Shown: piece by piece, positions 29,790 to 40,296 of the stretch | How the letters are laid out: every line of letters starts with the position of its first letter | Position numbering within the stretch: the first letter of the stretch is position 1 | Source of the DNA: Oligoflexales bacterium | GTDB taxonomy: Bacteria > Bdellovibrionota_B > Oligoflexia > Oligoflexales > Bog-1112 | DNA: 64,000 nt | Direction: 5' to 3' | Assembly (NCBI GenBank): GCA_045105515.1 | Contig: JBGCDR010000156.1 | Span: 32,001-96,000, forward strand | Program-made: the position numbers and the translations under genes | The notes under the pieces: model-generated | Seen by the model: the letters and a program-made list of their open reading frames with translations, nothing else | The model's database searches: none | What the model was told of the DNA's origin: nothing

Positions 29790-30224
29790 ATGATAAAGCT
29801 AAAATATAGTCCCGAATTTGCTCCAGTCTATCAAACAACGAAAAGTGCAGGGGCGGATCTCGTCTCAACAAGCAATCTTTGCATTAAAGCTGGTCACAAA
29901 GCTAAAGTTCCGACAGGTGTCAGTATTGAAGGAGTGAGCTGGGATCAGGTACCACAAGGGTGCATCCCAGAATTGCAAATCCGTGCTCGCTCTGGACTGG
30001 CCTACAAACATGGCATATGTCTTAGCAATGGAGTCGGAACCATAGATGCAGACTACCCAGATGAAATTTGTGTACTATTGTGGAATAGTTCCGATTCTGA
30101 TTTTAATATTAGTAAAGGGGACCGAATTGCACAAATGGTATTGAACTTATGTTACAAAATTCCAATGCTCGACCAAAAAGGTCTAAGGACAAGTGGGTTC
30201 GGATCTACCGGCATTAGAATATAG
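29790..30224 (+). CDS. dut: dUTP diphosphatase
   Basis: SAGADL, RARSGLA, GTIDADY, DRIAQ, RTSGFGSTG. Confidence 0.96.
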   Translation: MIKLKYSPEFAPVYQTTKSAGADLVSTSNLCIKAGHKAKVPTGVSIEGVSWDQVPQGCIPELQIRARSGLAYKHGICLSNGVGTIDADYPDEICVLLWNSSDSDFNISKGDRIAQMVLNLCYKIPMLDQKGLRTSGFGSTGIRI

Positions 30225-30258
30225 TTTTTACCCTCTTCTAAATCTTGGGATCTATTTT

Positions 30259-30582
30259 ATGAGTCAGGGAGCTAAGAACAAATCAGTAAAAAAAAACATT
30301 GAGGGACGTACTACACAAATATCCTTAGATGTCTATGAGAGAGTTAAGAAAGATGCTAAATATCGGAAAATGACAGTTGATCAGTACCTTGACTCAATAT
30401 TGCGGGAAGTCATTTTCAAGCCTACAAAGACCAAAGAGAGCAGAAAGAAAGACCTTCTAGGCTACTGCCCTAATTGTGAGGCGACGATCAAACATTCGAC
30501 TATAAAGCTTGAAGTTTCAAAGAAACCTACCGAGTCTTTACAGCTTGAAAAGAGCTTTTTCTCTCGAATTTTTAAAAAATAG
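30259..30582 (+). CDS. Small protein with RHH-like segment and CxxC
   Basis: TTQISLDVYERVKKDAKYRKMTVDQYLDSILRE, then YCPNC; start MSQGAK. Confidence 0.55.
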   Translation: MSQGAKNKSVKKNIEGRTTQISLDVYERVKKDAKYRKMTVDQYLDSILREVIFKPTKTKESRKKDLLGYCPNCEATIKHSTIKLEVSKKPTESLQLEKSFFSRIFKK

Positions 30583-30584
30583 AC

Positions 30585-32354
30585 CTAATTTTTTTTGCTA
30601 GGCAGTGCTACAGGCAGGTACTTATCTAATATCTGATGTCCAATCTTTACATGACCTGTTTTCAAATATAGCTGGCCAAGCCCCCTCATCAAGATAGCAT
30701 CATCTCCAACAAGATCCAAAACTCTCTCTAAGGACGCAATAGCATATTCCGTCTCATGACTTTCGCAACAAGCTTGAACCAATGCCTTGAAAGCCAAATT
30801 GCCCGGTGCGCCCCTAACAATCGACTTTTCAGTCCAATAAATAGCATCCTCTATCATACCTAGACGCTTATAGACTAGGGCTATTCCCAAAACACATTGA
30901 TGACTATTAGGTGATAATGCCAAACCCTTCTTAAAAGCCCTAATGGCATCTTCATGATTATAGCTATACCAGGCTAGATATCCTAAGCCACAAAATGCTT
31001 TTGAATTTTTACTATGAGTTTTTATAGCCAATTCAAAATAACTCTGGGCCTGCTCAAAATTCTTACCCGTCATTAATGCTTGAGCTTTAATGGTTAAAAG
31101 CCTACTACGGTCTGGTAAACTCAGGGCTTCCTTATCGATATCATCTATACATTCTAAAAGTTCAACTGTTTGTTCTTCAATAAGTGACTGTTGTTCCCAT
31201 ACATCCCAAGACATTTCAGGGTTCTTCTTGCGCTTGCTAGCCTCCACCAAAGAATGAATTTGACTAAAGATTTGCCTAGCGATACTTTGATCTCCAAAAC
31301 TAGCTACTTTTCTCGCAACTATCTGCTTCAAGTCATAAAATATTTCTTCATCTTTTAAAACTTTATTCATTAGAAAAGCCAAGGATTCATAAGAACCTTT
31401 ATCCCAATTTAGCTCATCAAAAGATAAGAGGTCTGCAAATATCCCATTTTCTTCTACAAGAGGAATTACTCCAGCGCTCATAGCCTCTAACATTTGATAT
31501 GGAAACAAAGGAAGTTTATCTTTATTCAAGCAATTTGGAAACACTATGAGATCGCAAGCACAAAATAAGTCAGATAAAAAGGGCTCTGGATCTTGATTAA
31601 GAAAATAAGTTTGCCCACCCAGCCCTAGTTTATAAGATAAGTATTGCAATTCCTTGCTAAACTCACCCTGCCCCAAATAAATAACCTTAATATTACTATA
31701 AAAATCTTTGCTGAGACTTTGCTGAATTTTTATTGCCTTTAACACAAGGTCTGGTTGCTCTGACCTCTCAATGTCTCCATAAAACAAAATCACCCGATCA
31801 GAGCCATTAAGACCTATATAGTTACGAAATTTCATGCGTTTGTCTTTACTAGCAGCAAACCGTATAGTATCAACACGCGGAGGTAGAATTTTTAGCTTTT
31901 CTTGGGAAATTCCGGCTCCTATCAAATCCTTAGCAACCCCTTCTGTAGGGACAAGAAAAATCTTAACCATTTCAGCAAGGAAGTCTTGGATAGCTTTAAT
32001 ATTTGGGTAATTTTGATAAATACTTATATCGTTGTCGGTAGTATAACAAATTAAAGGTATATTGTTTTCTTTGGCTGTTCTAGCAGCCTGCAATGAGCTG
32101 AAAGAACCAATATTGATACAGATAATTATGTCCTTATCACCTAAATATGACTCTAAACCTCGCATATATCCAGGGGTCTGATCATCGCTCTTGAAAAGTA
32201 GTGTATTAAAACTACCTGGTATCTTCTTGAGAATTTGATCTCTTTGGATTACGTAAGCAGAAACATTAAAAAACTCGCTTAAGTGCTCAAATACATGAAC
32301 CATTCGCGGGTGGTAAAGCTCACCAATTACTAAAGCTAAGTTTTTACGCGCCAT
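30585..32354 (-). CDS. GT4 glycosyltransferase fused to TPRs
   Basis: VDTIRF, CDLIVFP...MLEAMSAG, C-terminal TPRs; start MARKN with GAGGTG RBS. Confidence 0.8.
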   Translation of the reverse strand: MARKNLALVIGELYHPRMVHVFEHLSEFFNVSAYVIQRDQILKKIPGSFNTLLFKSDDQTPGYMRGLESYLGDKDIIICINIGSFSSLQAARTAKENNIPLICYTTDNDISIYQNYPNIKAIQDFLAEMVKIFLVPTEGVAKDLIGAGISQEKLKILPPRVDTIRFAASKDKRMKFRNYIGLNGSDRVILFYGDIERSEQPDLVLKAIKIQQSLSKDFYSNIKVIYLGQGEFSKELQYLSYKLGLGGQTYFLNQDPEPFLSDLFCACDLIVFPNCLNKDKLPLFPYQMLEAMSAGVIPLVEENGIFADLLSFDELNWDKGSYESLAFLMNKVLKDEEIFYDLKQIVARKVASFGDQSIARQIFSQIHSLVEASKRKKNPEMSWDVWEQQSLIEEQTVELLECIDDIDKEALSLPDRSRLLTIKAQALMTGKNFEQAQSYFELAIKTHSKNSKAFCGLGYLAWYSYNHEDAIRAFKKGLALSPNSHQCVLGIALVYKRLGMIEDAIYWTEKSIVRGAPGNLAFKALVQACCESHETEYAIASLERVLDLVGDDAILMRGLGQLYLKTGHVKIGHQILDKYLPVALPSKKN

Positions 32355-32394
32355 ACCCACCTCGCAAATCCTATTCAGGACCCACACACAACAC

Positions 32395-34935
32395 TTATTT
32401 TCGAATCAATCTATTCTTATCCCTTTTTACAGAGGGAACCGCTACAATTGCAGCCTTTTTCTTAACAGGTAATTCTAAATCATTACTTTCAACTATCAGA
32501 CCCAAACCAATATCTTTCGTGAACATAGCATCTGCACCTGAAACATCGAAATAAACTATTTTTTCTTGATGTGCAGCTAGGCTACCAACCACTTCTTTAT
32601 CATCTAAAATATTTAGTTGCTTACCAGCCAAATTCATCAATCTGACATTAAGGTCTTTAGCTTCTACTTTGCTTTTATTCCTCAAATAAACAGCTATTTT
32701 CGCGTGCTCATTAGCCTCAAGCTCTCCTGCAATCTTTCCTCCAGCTTCATTGACCAGATCTATAGAAATGCCTATCTCTGGGGTCTGCCTATCGGTAATT
32801 TCAAAGCTAGTAAATTTATTTAGTGAAGAAATAGCTCTTCCGCCTGCGGCTAGTCCTATTTCAAAATTCAACTTACCAGATTTCCAAAAAGTTGGGATGT
32901 GAACTTTAATCTCATCATTCAATATTTGCCCTGGTTCTATTGAACTGAGAAGTTTTTCATAAGTTTCAAACTCAGGATGCTCATTACGTATAAAAATAGA
33001 TAAACGCCCCATTGGTTTGTCACTGGTATTTATAACCTGGTAAGGGATCTTCACAAATTCACCAGGTTTTAAGGCCTTCTTAACTGTTTTATTAAGCTTG
33101 AAAACAGGCTCAGAGCTATTCACCATTTTGGAATCGTTGCTCCATTCAAGCTTAAGTTTTTCACTCAAATATTTATCTACCTCACCTGACCATTGAGAAA
33201 CTTTTTTAGTAAGATCCTTACCTGCAAGACTAACCCAATGGCTCGCTCGAATATTGAAACTAGGTACTCTCTTTTTATATACTTTATAAATCTGCTTGAA
33301 GATTAAAAAAGCTGTTTCCATTTCTCGATCAAGAGAATTATCTGACTCAAATTCATTGTTATATTCTTTGAGATAAAACCCTTTGAACAAGGTACTCTGC
33401 TTATCATTTTTAGGAATATCATTTTTATTAAGTAATCGATTGCTCAAAAATCTCTCATTCTTATAACGATATTCTCCCAATAGATTATTATTTTTATCAA
33501 GATTATATACAGGTTGAAGCCAAATATCTGGAAAGATTCCAATGTTTTGAATCGAAATCCCTGAAGGTGTATAGTAGCGAGCAATTGTTAGTTTCAAAGC
33601 TCTGTCATCTGGCAGCTCAAAAATTGTCTGAACAGATCCTTTTCCAAAACTCGGTTGCCCAATTACGATCGCTCGATCATGATCTTGAAGAGCCCCTGCA
33701 ACAATTTCACTTGCAGATGCAGATTCCTCATTTATCAGAACCACCACTGGACACTTTATTTCAGCACTCTCTTGGTTATAAGCCATTTCTACTTCAGTAC
33801 TTCTTCCTTTTGTTGAAACGATTACTCCATGGGTTAAAAAGAGATCTGCTACTTTCACAGCTTGATCTAAAAGGCCACCTGGATTTGACCTGAGGTCCAA
33901 GATCACGCCTTTAAGCTCATGATGAGGATAGCTTTGCTTAAATTTAGAGATAGCAAGTTTTACTTCATCTACAGTTCTCGACGTAAAACTCTCTATATAA
34001 ATCGAGATTAAATACCCATAAGGATGATCAATAACTTTGTGTGTTACTGAATCTACCTGGATAACTTCTCGTTTTACCGAAATCTGCTGAGTAGACATAG
34101 CCCCTTCTCTAAGTAACGAAAGTCTTACATTAGTACCTGGATCTCCACGCATGTGCTCAACTAAATCACCCAAAGAATAGCCATAAGTATCCATACCATC
34201 TATAGAAAGAATACGGTCTTTTATAGTGATACCTACCCTTTCTGCTGGACTTCGAGGCAAGGGTTTAATCACTGTTAACAACTGGTCTCGCATTCCAACC
34301 AGGACTCCTAACCCTCCAAAAGTACCTTCTGTTCCTTGTTTTAATTCTTTATAAGAATCTTTTGACAATAGATTGCTATGAGCATCTAAGGTGCTTACCA
34401 AACCTCGAAGCAGAAACACTAAAGAACGTTCCTGTCTATTTGAGAATCTCTTAGAACTATCAAATAATTCCACTTTATTACTGATAAATCTACTAATCTG
34501 GAATACATAATTTAACAGTTGCTCATGACCAAATTCAAAGGGAATAGCAAGTTCCAATTCTTGATCATCTAGTGTTAAAACTACTTCGTTTGCAAAGTTT
34601 TTCACATTTAAATCTAGACTACTTTCAAGCGAAAAAAGTATTGCGTCAAAAATCAATTTTTCAGCTACTCTTCCTGAATCAACGTAGTAATTTTTTACAA
34701 TGGATAAGACCGAATCGACTAATAAAATATTGGCATATCTTAGTTCTTCTGAAGTTTCGTTCAGCCTTCCAGAAACAGTTATCGAAACATCTTCTACTGC
34801 TTCAATATTGGGGCGGTTTAGCAAACTGTCAAAGTAACTCAAAAGAGTTGATTTCTGAGTTCCAATTACACCGACAAACACTAAATAAAGAAAAGTAGTA
34901 ATCAGAATTCGAGTTTTTTTCATTCCAGTAACCAT
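32395..34935 (-). CDS. S41 C-terminal processing protease (PDZ + peptidase + Ig-like tail)
   Basis: LDAHS, FGGLG, DLRSNPGGLL, SASASE, FGKGSVQ, LTIARYYTPSG; beta-rich C-terminal extension. Confidence 0.92.
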   Translation of the reverse strand: MVTGMKKTRILITTFLYLVFVGVIGTQKSTLLSYFDSLLNRPNIEAVEDVSITVSGRLNETSEELRYANILLVDSVLSIVKNYYVDSGRVAEKLIFDAILFSLESSLDLNVKNFANEVVLTLDDQELELAIPFEFGHEQLLNYVFQISRFISNKVELFDSSKRFSNRQERSLVFLLRGLVSTLDAHSNLLSKDSYKELKQGTEGTFGGLGVLVGMRDQLLTVIKPLPRSPAERVGITIKDRILSIDGMDTYGYSLGDLVEHMRGDPGTNVRLSLLREGAMSTQQISVKREVIQVDSVTHKVIDHPYGYLISIYIESFTSRTVDEVKLAISKFKQSYPHHELKGVILDLRSNPGGLLDQAVKVADLFLTHGVIVSTKGRSTEVEMAYNQESAEIKCPVVVLINEESASASEIVAGALQDHDRAIVIGQPSFGKGSVQTIFELPDDRALKLTIARYYTPSGISIQNIGIFPDIWLQPVYNLDKNNNLLGEYRYKNERFLSNRLLNKNDIPKNDKQSTLFKGFYLKEYNNEFESDNSLDREMETAFLIFKQIYKVYKKRVPSFNIRASHWVSLAGKDLTKKVSQWSGEVDKYLSEKLKLEWSNDSKMVNSSEPVFKLNKTVKKALKPGEFVKIPYQVINTSDKPMGRLSIFIRNEHPEFETYEKLLSSIEPGQILNDEIKVHIPTFWKSGKLNFEIGLAAGGRAISSLNKFTSFEITDRQTPEIGISIDLVNEAGGKIAGELEANEHAKIAVYLRNKSKVEAKDLNVRLMNLAGKQLNILDDKEVVGSLAAHQEKIVYFDVSGADAMFTKDIGLGLIVESNDLELPVKKKAAIVAVPSVKRDKNRLIRK

Positions 34936-34959
34936 AAAGCCCCTTTTTGCACTTGGTCC

Positions 34960-34987
34960 TTATCGTCGCTAGGCAAAAATTGATTAA
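34960..34987 (-). promoter_or_regulatory. sigma28/FliA-like promoter
   Basis: TTAAT-N15-GACGATAA upstream of the S41 protease. Confidence 0.45.
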
Positions 34988-35209
34988 TTACTGTTGCTAA
35001 ATATTGAAAAGTTTGGAACTAAAAAAGGCAATAAATTGTCATTTTATAGACACTTATATTTGAAATGATGTCTAAATACCCATTACATTACAGCAGTGTT
35101 TTTTTTCCTATTAAATTTTTTTCCAACAAAATCGGGTCACAAAATATACTTATAAACAATTGTAATTAATTAAATAAATTATTTTTTTTAACTTTTTTAA
35201 TATATTAAA

Positions 35210-35236
35210 TTAAAAAATAGCAAATTTGACCGATAA
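35210..35236 (+). promoter_or_regulatory. sigma28/FliA-like promoter
   Basis: TTAAA-N14-ACCGATAA about 45 nt upstream of the TPR gene. Confidence 0.5.
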
Positions 35237-35281
35237 GTTAATTAGGGGAATTTCGAAACTGAGTTTCAATACGGAGTATTT

Positions 35282-36814
35282 ATGCCCTGTTACAAGAATT
35301 TATTAAATGTGGTTGATGGCTCATTGACCAGGGCAACATCATTATTCCTACTACATCGATGTATTCAAAATCTGATCTTGTCCACTGTTATTATGACTTT
35401 TTTAGGAATTTTTTCCAGCAACAATAGCTTTGCCTTAAACAGTGACCGAGATCTCGAAATACAGGCCTGGATTGCCGACGACTCTGAATTAATTGCACTC
35501 GAAAATAAGATCGTCAAAGAAATTCAGAAAAACCCTCAAAGTGCATACCATCACTATTTACTCTCGCACACTTACGTTAGAATATTTGCACTTAACCCTA
35601 ACCGTATAGACCTACTAAACAAAGCTTCATCATTGGCTGATCAAGCGATCCAGTTATCTCCTGAAGAGGAATTTGGCTATTTAGCCCTCGCAGATATTAT
35701 GGATATTATGGGGAAGTCTGAACATGGTATGACAGTTTTAACTGATGCTAAATCAAGGCTAAGTTCAACCCCATCATGGAGATTTGAATTTACTATTGCA
35801 AGACTTTCTGCAGATAGTCAAGATTTTCAATCAGTGTTGGAAAAAATCGATTCTTGTTTAAACCATAAAGAAACTAAGAGAGATATTGTAATTCCATATG
35901 CAATCACAGTTCTACAAGCTAATTTCGAAAATGAACGCCTCTATCAGGCTCTTTCAAAATGGAATCAAAATCATCCTCATTACCTGTTTGATCTCATGCA
36001 AGCGGTTACCTTAACGGAAATGAAAAAGTATAAGCAAGCACATGAGAAATATACTCAACTAAGAAAAGCTAATCCAACACTTGAAGAAGCTATTATCAAT
36101 GATGCCGTACTACTATATAAACACTTGGATAACAAAAAACTTGCGCGCAAACTTTTAAACGTAGCTTTGGTCATTAACTCAGGAAGTGACGATGTGTTCG
36201 CCGTAATACATGCTCATTTAGGTTCTGTATCAGTAGCATCAAAAAATTTCGAGCTAGCACGCAAACACTACGTAACTTCGGTAACCTCTACCTCGCAGCA
36301 GGTTCTCACTGTTGAGTATATCCTTACCATTTACAAAGAACATGGTGCCTATAGTCAACTTGCAAAAGTATTAGAAGACATTGTAATTGAAATTCCAGGC
36401 CATGCTGAACTTTACGCACTTCTTGGAGAGCTTTATTCAGAAAAACTAGACAAGCACGAGCTAGCCGCAAAAAGTTATAAGAACGCAGCTATTTTAAATC
36501 CTGATAATGGACAATTTCTAACCTCTTTGGGCTTAACATACTATAAGATGAAATCGTACAAACAAGCTATTCAAGCATTTGACGAGGCTGTTCAAATTAA
36601 CCCAGAAGATTCCATCGCACTTTACAACAAAGCATGTGTACTCGCTTTGATTAATCGTTCTGATGAAGCACTCATTGTCTTAAACAAAGCAATACAGCTT
36701 AACCCGAGTCTTCAAAAAATGGCTCAAGAGGATAACGACTTTATCAACGTTAAGGATCTTCCACATTTCCGTCTAATAACTCACGAGAGAAATTGGAATA
36801 GCCAGCACAATTAG
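35282..36814 (+). CDS. Exported TPR protein
   Basis: Signal-like segment ending SFA; TPRs; terminal ALYNKACVLAL...AQEDNDF cap. Confidence 0.85.
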   Translation: MPCYKNLLNVVDGSLTRATSLFLLHRCIQNLILSTVIMTFLGIFSSNNSFALNSDRDLEIQAWIADDSELIALENKIVKEIQKNPQSAYHHYLLSHTYVRIFALNPNRIDLLNKASSLADQAIQLSPEEEFGYLALADIMDIMGKSEHGMTVLTDAKSRLSSTPSWRFEFTIARLSADSQDFQSVLEKIDSCLNHKETKRDIVIPYAITVLQANFENERLYQALSKWNQNHPHYLFDLMQAVTLTEMKKYKQAHEKYTQLRKANPTLEEAIINDAVLLYKHLDNKKLARKLLNVALVINSGSDDVFAVIHAHLGSVSVASKNFELARKHYVTSVTSTSQQVLTVEYILTIYKEHGAYSQLAKVLEDIVIEIPGHAELYALLGELYSEKLDKHELAAKSYKNAAILNPDNGQFLTSLGLTYYKMKSYKQAIQAFDEAVQINPEDSIALYNKACVLALINRSDEALIVLNKAIQLNPSLQKMAQEDNDFINVKDLPHFRLITHERNWNSQHN

Positions 36815-36941
36815 TGAATTGTGCAAAATTGAAGAAACCTATCAAATTTATCAATATCAAACTTTATTGTATTAGCATCTTTCAGACCTCGAAGAAGTGA
36901 GTGATCCAATTTGTGGAATAGAGGCACTCAATATCCTCCTC

Positions 36942-38138
36942 CTAAACAAGAAGTTCTTGTTTTCTTTCATAAAGTAGGAGTGGAGCAACTTTTTTACAGT
37001 ACTCGTCAATTCCCCAAAGCCAGAATTTGTCATTTTTATCATAGTTTTCTAGGCGACTCACTGACGCTTCACCACCAATAATTATTTTAATTGGTAAAGT
37101 ATCAAACTCGTACTCGTATGGCTTCTGAGAGAACTCAAACCGTCCATCGCTTAGGTCCCAAAATGATTTGAGCAGCGAGAGGGTAAGCTGATAGCTTGCA
37201 ATCAAACTAGGGTCCAATATATGAATCTGAACCCCCCGGCACTCCTGCCCCATCCATTTTCCCGAAGTTGGTTCAAACATTGCTTCACGGAAATGAACTC
37301 CTTGCGGCTTACCTCCCCAATAGTCTTGAAAACGTTTAATGAGCTTTTGTGGGTCTTTACAATACGGTGCTCCAATAAGCTGAAAAGGTAGTCCTGTTCC
37401 TCTGCCTTCGGAAATATTGGTCCCTTCAAAAATAACTGTGCCAGGGTACACAAACACAGGATCTAGGGTCGGTAAATTTGGAGAGGTCAATACCCAATGC
37501 CTTCCCGTAGCTCGCCAGTCTTCTCGAGCATTCCAACCTTCAAGTGCTACCACTTCCAGCTCTGCACCAATATCAATATTAAAGAAAAGTGCGGCCTCAC
37601 CAGCCGACAAACCATGCCTCATGGGCATAGTAAACTGCCCTACAAATGAATAATTTTTAGGCTCTACGCACCGTCCTTCTATAAATCGCCCTCCTACAGG
37701 GTTCGGACGATCGAGCACCACAACGTTTTTATTAAACTTCTTTGCAGCTCTTAAGCAACCAGCAATAGTGGACTTGAAGGTATAGATCCTGCACCCTGTA
37801 ATTTGTAAGTCGATGATTATGGTATCTATACCTTCGAGCATACTTTGAGTCGGCTCTCTAGTTTCTGAATAAAGACTATAAATTGGCCTTCCACTAGAGG
37901 CATGAACAGTATGTTCAGTTTCGATCATATTATCTTGAACAGTTCCCAAAAAACCATGCTGGGGCCCAAATAAGCAGACAAAACGCTCTCCCAGAATATC
38001 TTCAAGAATATTGACACCATGAGCCCAATCTGTACATAAAGACGCCTGGTTACAGACATAAGCACATTTTCCCCAGTTTTGACTCATTTTAGGGTTATTT
38101 CGCAAAACTTCTAAGCCAACCAGCATATTTGCATCCAT
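36942..38138 (-). CDS. namZ: Exo-beta-N-acetylmuramidase NamZ (DUF1343) family
   Basis: FGPQHG, YSLY, DLQ..GCRIYTF, LDRPNP, SPNLPT, EGTNISEGRGT. Confidence 0.9.
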   Translation of the reverse strand: MDANMLVGLEVLRNNPKMSQNWGKCAYVCNQASLCTDWAHGVNILEDILGERFVCLFGPQHGFLGTVQDNMIETEHTVHASSGRPIYSLYSETREPTQSMLEGIDTIIIDLQITGCRIYTFKSTIAGCLRAAKKFNKNVVVLDRPNPVGGRFIEGRCVEPKNYSFVGQFTMPMRHGLSAGEAALFFNIDIGAELEVVALEGWNAREDWRATGRHWVLTSPNLPTLDPVFVYPGTVIFEGTNISEGRGTGLPFQLIGAPYCKDPQKLIKRFQDYWGGKPQGVHFREAMFEPTSGKWMGQECRGVQIHILDPSLIASYQLTLSLLKSFWDLSDGRFEFSQKPYEYEFDTLPIKIIIGGEASVSRLENYDKNDKFWLWGIDEYCKKVAPLLLYERKQELLV

Positions 38139-38234
38139 GAATATTTCAATACCTCTTGACTGAAAAAAAAATACGATTCTTTAGTATATGGGGGAGATTG
38201 ATTATTTTAAAGTACGTAACACCTAAAGAGGACT

Positions 38235-38654
38235 CTATGAAGCTGCGCCACTAGGATCTTCACTTTCAACGTCTTGGCCCTCATTCTGCTCTTCCAGTTT
38301 TTTGCTGATAAAATCAATGAGATTTTGCTCTTCATCAGGCTCTATCTGAATAATGCGAATGGCAATACCTGGTCCAGTTACTTTAGCTGCTTCATCAGTC
38401 GGGTATACAACTCGTGCCATCTTGCCATTGAAGAATATGGTTTCATCACTGCCAATTGCCATCCAGACTTCCATGATGCTTGAAGGAGTAAAGGGAAACC
38501 TTCCCGGTTTCTCGAAGTCTAAGAAAAAGCCATTGTTGGAAATATCACGCGTCATGAGGTTGTATTTCACATCAGAACCGATCGAACCCATGGTGACGGT
38601 CAAAGGGGATTCAAGATGTACTCTAATTACGCGCCGGTTGTCCCTGCTTCCCAT
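38235..38654 (-). CDS. PilZ domain protein
   Basis: RRVIR (RxxxR) and DISNNG (DxSxxG) c-di-GMP motifs. Confidence 0.88.
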   Translation of the reverse strand: MGSRDNRRVIRVHLESPLTVTMGSIGSDVKYNLMTRDISNNGFFLDFEKPGRFPFTPSSIMEVWMAIGSDETIFFNGKMARVVYPTDEAAKVTGPGIAIRIIQIEPDEEQNLIDFISKKLEEQNEGQDVESEDPSGAAS

Positions 38655-38673
38655 ACGAAGCTCCCTTCAATAG

Positions 38674-38706
38674 TAATAAAGTCCGATGAATGATCGGACT
38701 TTATTA
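38674..38706. repeat. Perfect 14-bp inverted repeat overlapping a FliA-like promoter
   Basis: TAATAAAGTCCGAT-gaatg-ATCGGACTTTATTA; minus strand reads TCAAG-N15-TCCGATCA (38718-38691). Confidence 0.85.
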
Positions 38707-38752
38707 TAAGGATCTTGAGATTTTTTTCTCGGGAAATGAAAAGTGGCAAGAA

Positions 38753-39844
38753 TTAGGACTTTTTAGACTGCTTGGCTAGCTCATCATCGATAACCCTTTT
38801 AAACTCTTCAAATGGCAGTGCTCCAGATAGCCTTCTGCCGTTGATAAAGAATGCAGGAGTGCCCGACACACCTACGCTGACTCCGGTTTGCATATTGGTA
38901 TCAATTAAAGCAAGTGCTTTCTGTGGCTCTGCCACACATTTTTTATATTTATCCTTATCCAGTTTTATTTTTTCGGCATAGCTGTTTAAATCTTTATCCG
39001 ACAAACTACGTTGATTATCGAACAAAATAGAGTACATTTCCCAAAATTTACCCTGGAATGCGGCACATTTTGCAGCTACTGCCGCTGGTTTTGCTCTATC
39101 GTGAAAGTCTAAAGGGAAGTCCCTTACGATCCATCTTATTTTACCTTCGTATTCTTTTAATAATTGCTTAGTAGTTGGGATTACCCTTGCGCAAAAAGGG
39201 CACTGATACTCTGAATATTCAACAATTGTGATTGCACAATCGTCACCCTTGCACCCTACAGGCTTAGTCGCTTTACTATCTTCAGCATGATACCTAACGT
39301 GATCATCAGAAGTTACTTTAATGCCATAGACAGGCTCACTTGGTCTTGGGTAACTGACCAACAAATTCCCTGCTTTTTGGCCATCACTGATAATAGCTTG
39401 TACAATTTCTTGCTCTCCCCGAATCTTTAGAAGATTACGAATCTGAGTTTCTTGCTCTGCTTTTGGAAGGTCTTTCAACTTGGGGTGACTTTTATATTTA
39501 TCGAGGGTATCTTTTATTTCCTTATCAGTAAATTTAACGTGTTTGTCCATGTACCGCTCACGAGCCGCATCAGCTGAAATCTTCTGCTCGTCACCCATTT
39601 TTTTGAAATATGCATCCAAATATGCCTGCCTAGCGATGCCTTCAATCAACTGATATTTTTCTTTTTCAAGACGATAAAATTTATCTTGCTCAAGCTTCAT
39701 GAGTTCTTCGGTAGTGGTAACCGTGCCATTGATTTTAAAGGCGTCTTTCGAAAAACTGGACTCCGAATAAGCTATGGAGATAATTAGGCCAGCTAAACAA
39801 GCAAAGCCACGTGACCAAAATTTAGACAAATTTCTTAGTTTCAT
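38753..39844 (-). CDS. DsbA-family thioredoxin with N-terminal helical extension
   Basis: EYQCPFC, RDFPL, GVSGTPAFFING; signal peptide. Confidence 0.9.
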   Translation of the reverse strand: MKLRNLSKFWSRGFACLAGLIISIAYSESSFSKDAFKINGTVTTTEELMKLEQDKFYRLEKEKYQLIEGIARQAYLDAYFKKMGDEQKISADAARERYMDKHVKFTDKEIKDTLDKYKSHPKLKDLPKAEQETQIRNLLKIRGEQEIVQAIISDGQKAGNLLVSYPRPSEPVYGIKVTSDDHVRYHAEDSKATKPVGCKGDDCAITIVEYSEYQCPFCARVIPTTKQLLKEYEGKIRWIVRDFPLDFHDRAKPAAVAAKCAAFQGKFWEMYSILFDNQRSLSDKDLNSYAEKIKLDKDKYKKCVAEPQKALALIDTNMQTGVSVGVSGTPAFFINGRRLSGALPFEEFKRVIDDELAKQSKKS

Positions 39845-40296
39845 GAATACTCCTAGAATCATTATCGTCTAAGTTGATATCTCATTACCATGATGAGAGC
39901 AATATGAACATGGTTCGATTTAGCTAGCGAACCCAACTTAAGCCTGCAATAATATAGCCCTGAAAGAAGTTCTGTCTATGCTTTACTAAAGAATAAATGC
40001 ATTTATGAGCGAGGTAAGTTTATTTATTAAAATAGAAAACTCATAGAACCTCTTTATTTGCAGGAATTAGTTGGCCAAAGTATATTTGCAAGCTACCCTT
40101 GTTACAATATGCTTCTTAAGCATAATAAAAAAGTGCTGCATACCAAAACATGCTACCAAGGAAGAAAGCAAGAAGTTAATCCATCGACACTAAGCTTTAG
40201 GGTTCTAGGCACAGTAATGATGATAGAGTAGAATTCCCCATCTATTATCGTCCATTGTTTTACTATTTTGGCAATTCGACAAACAGGAGTATAGAA

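Noticed and set aside
40255..40296. N-terminal extensions in the ORF track (orn here; also rplL, rpsO, speE, vWA2, TPR-EVE)
   Set aside because: Downstream starts with better RBS and family-typical N-termini were preferred
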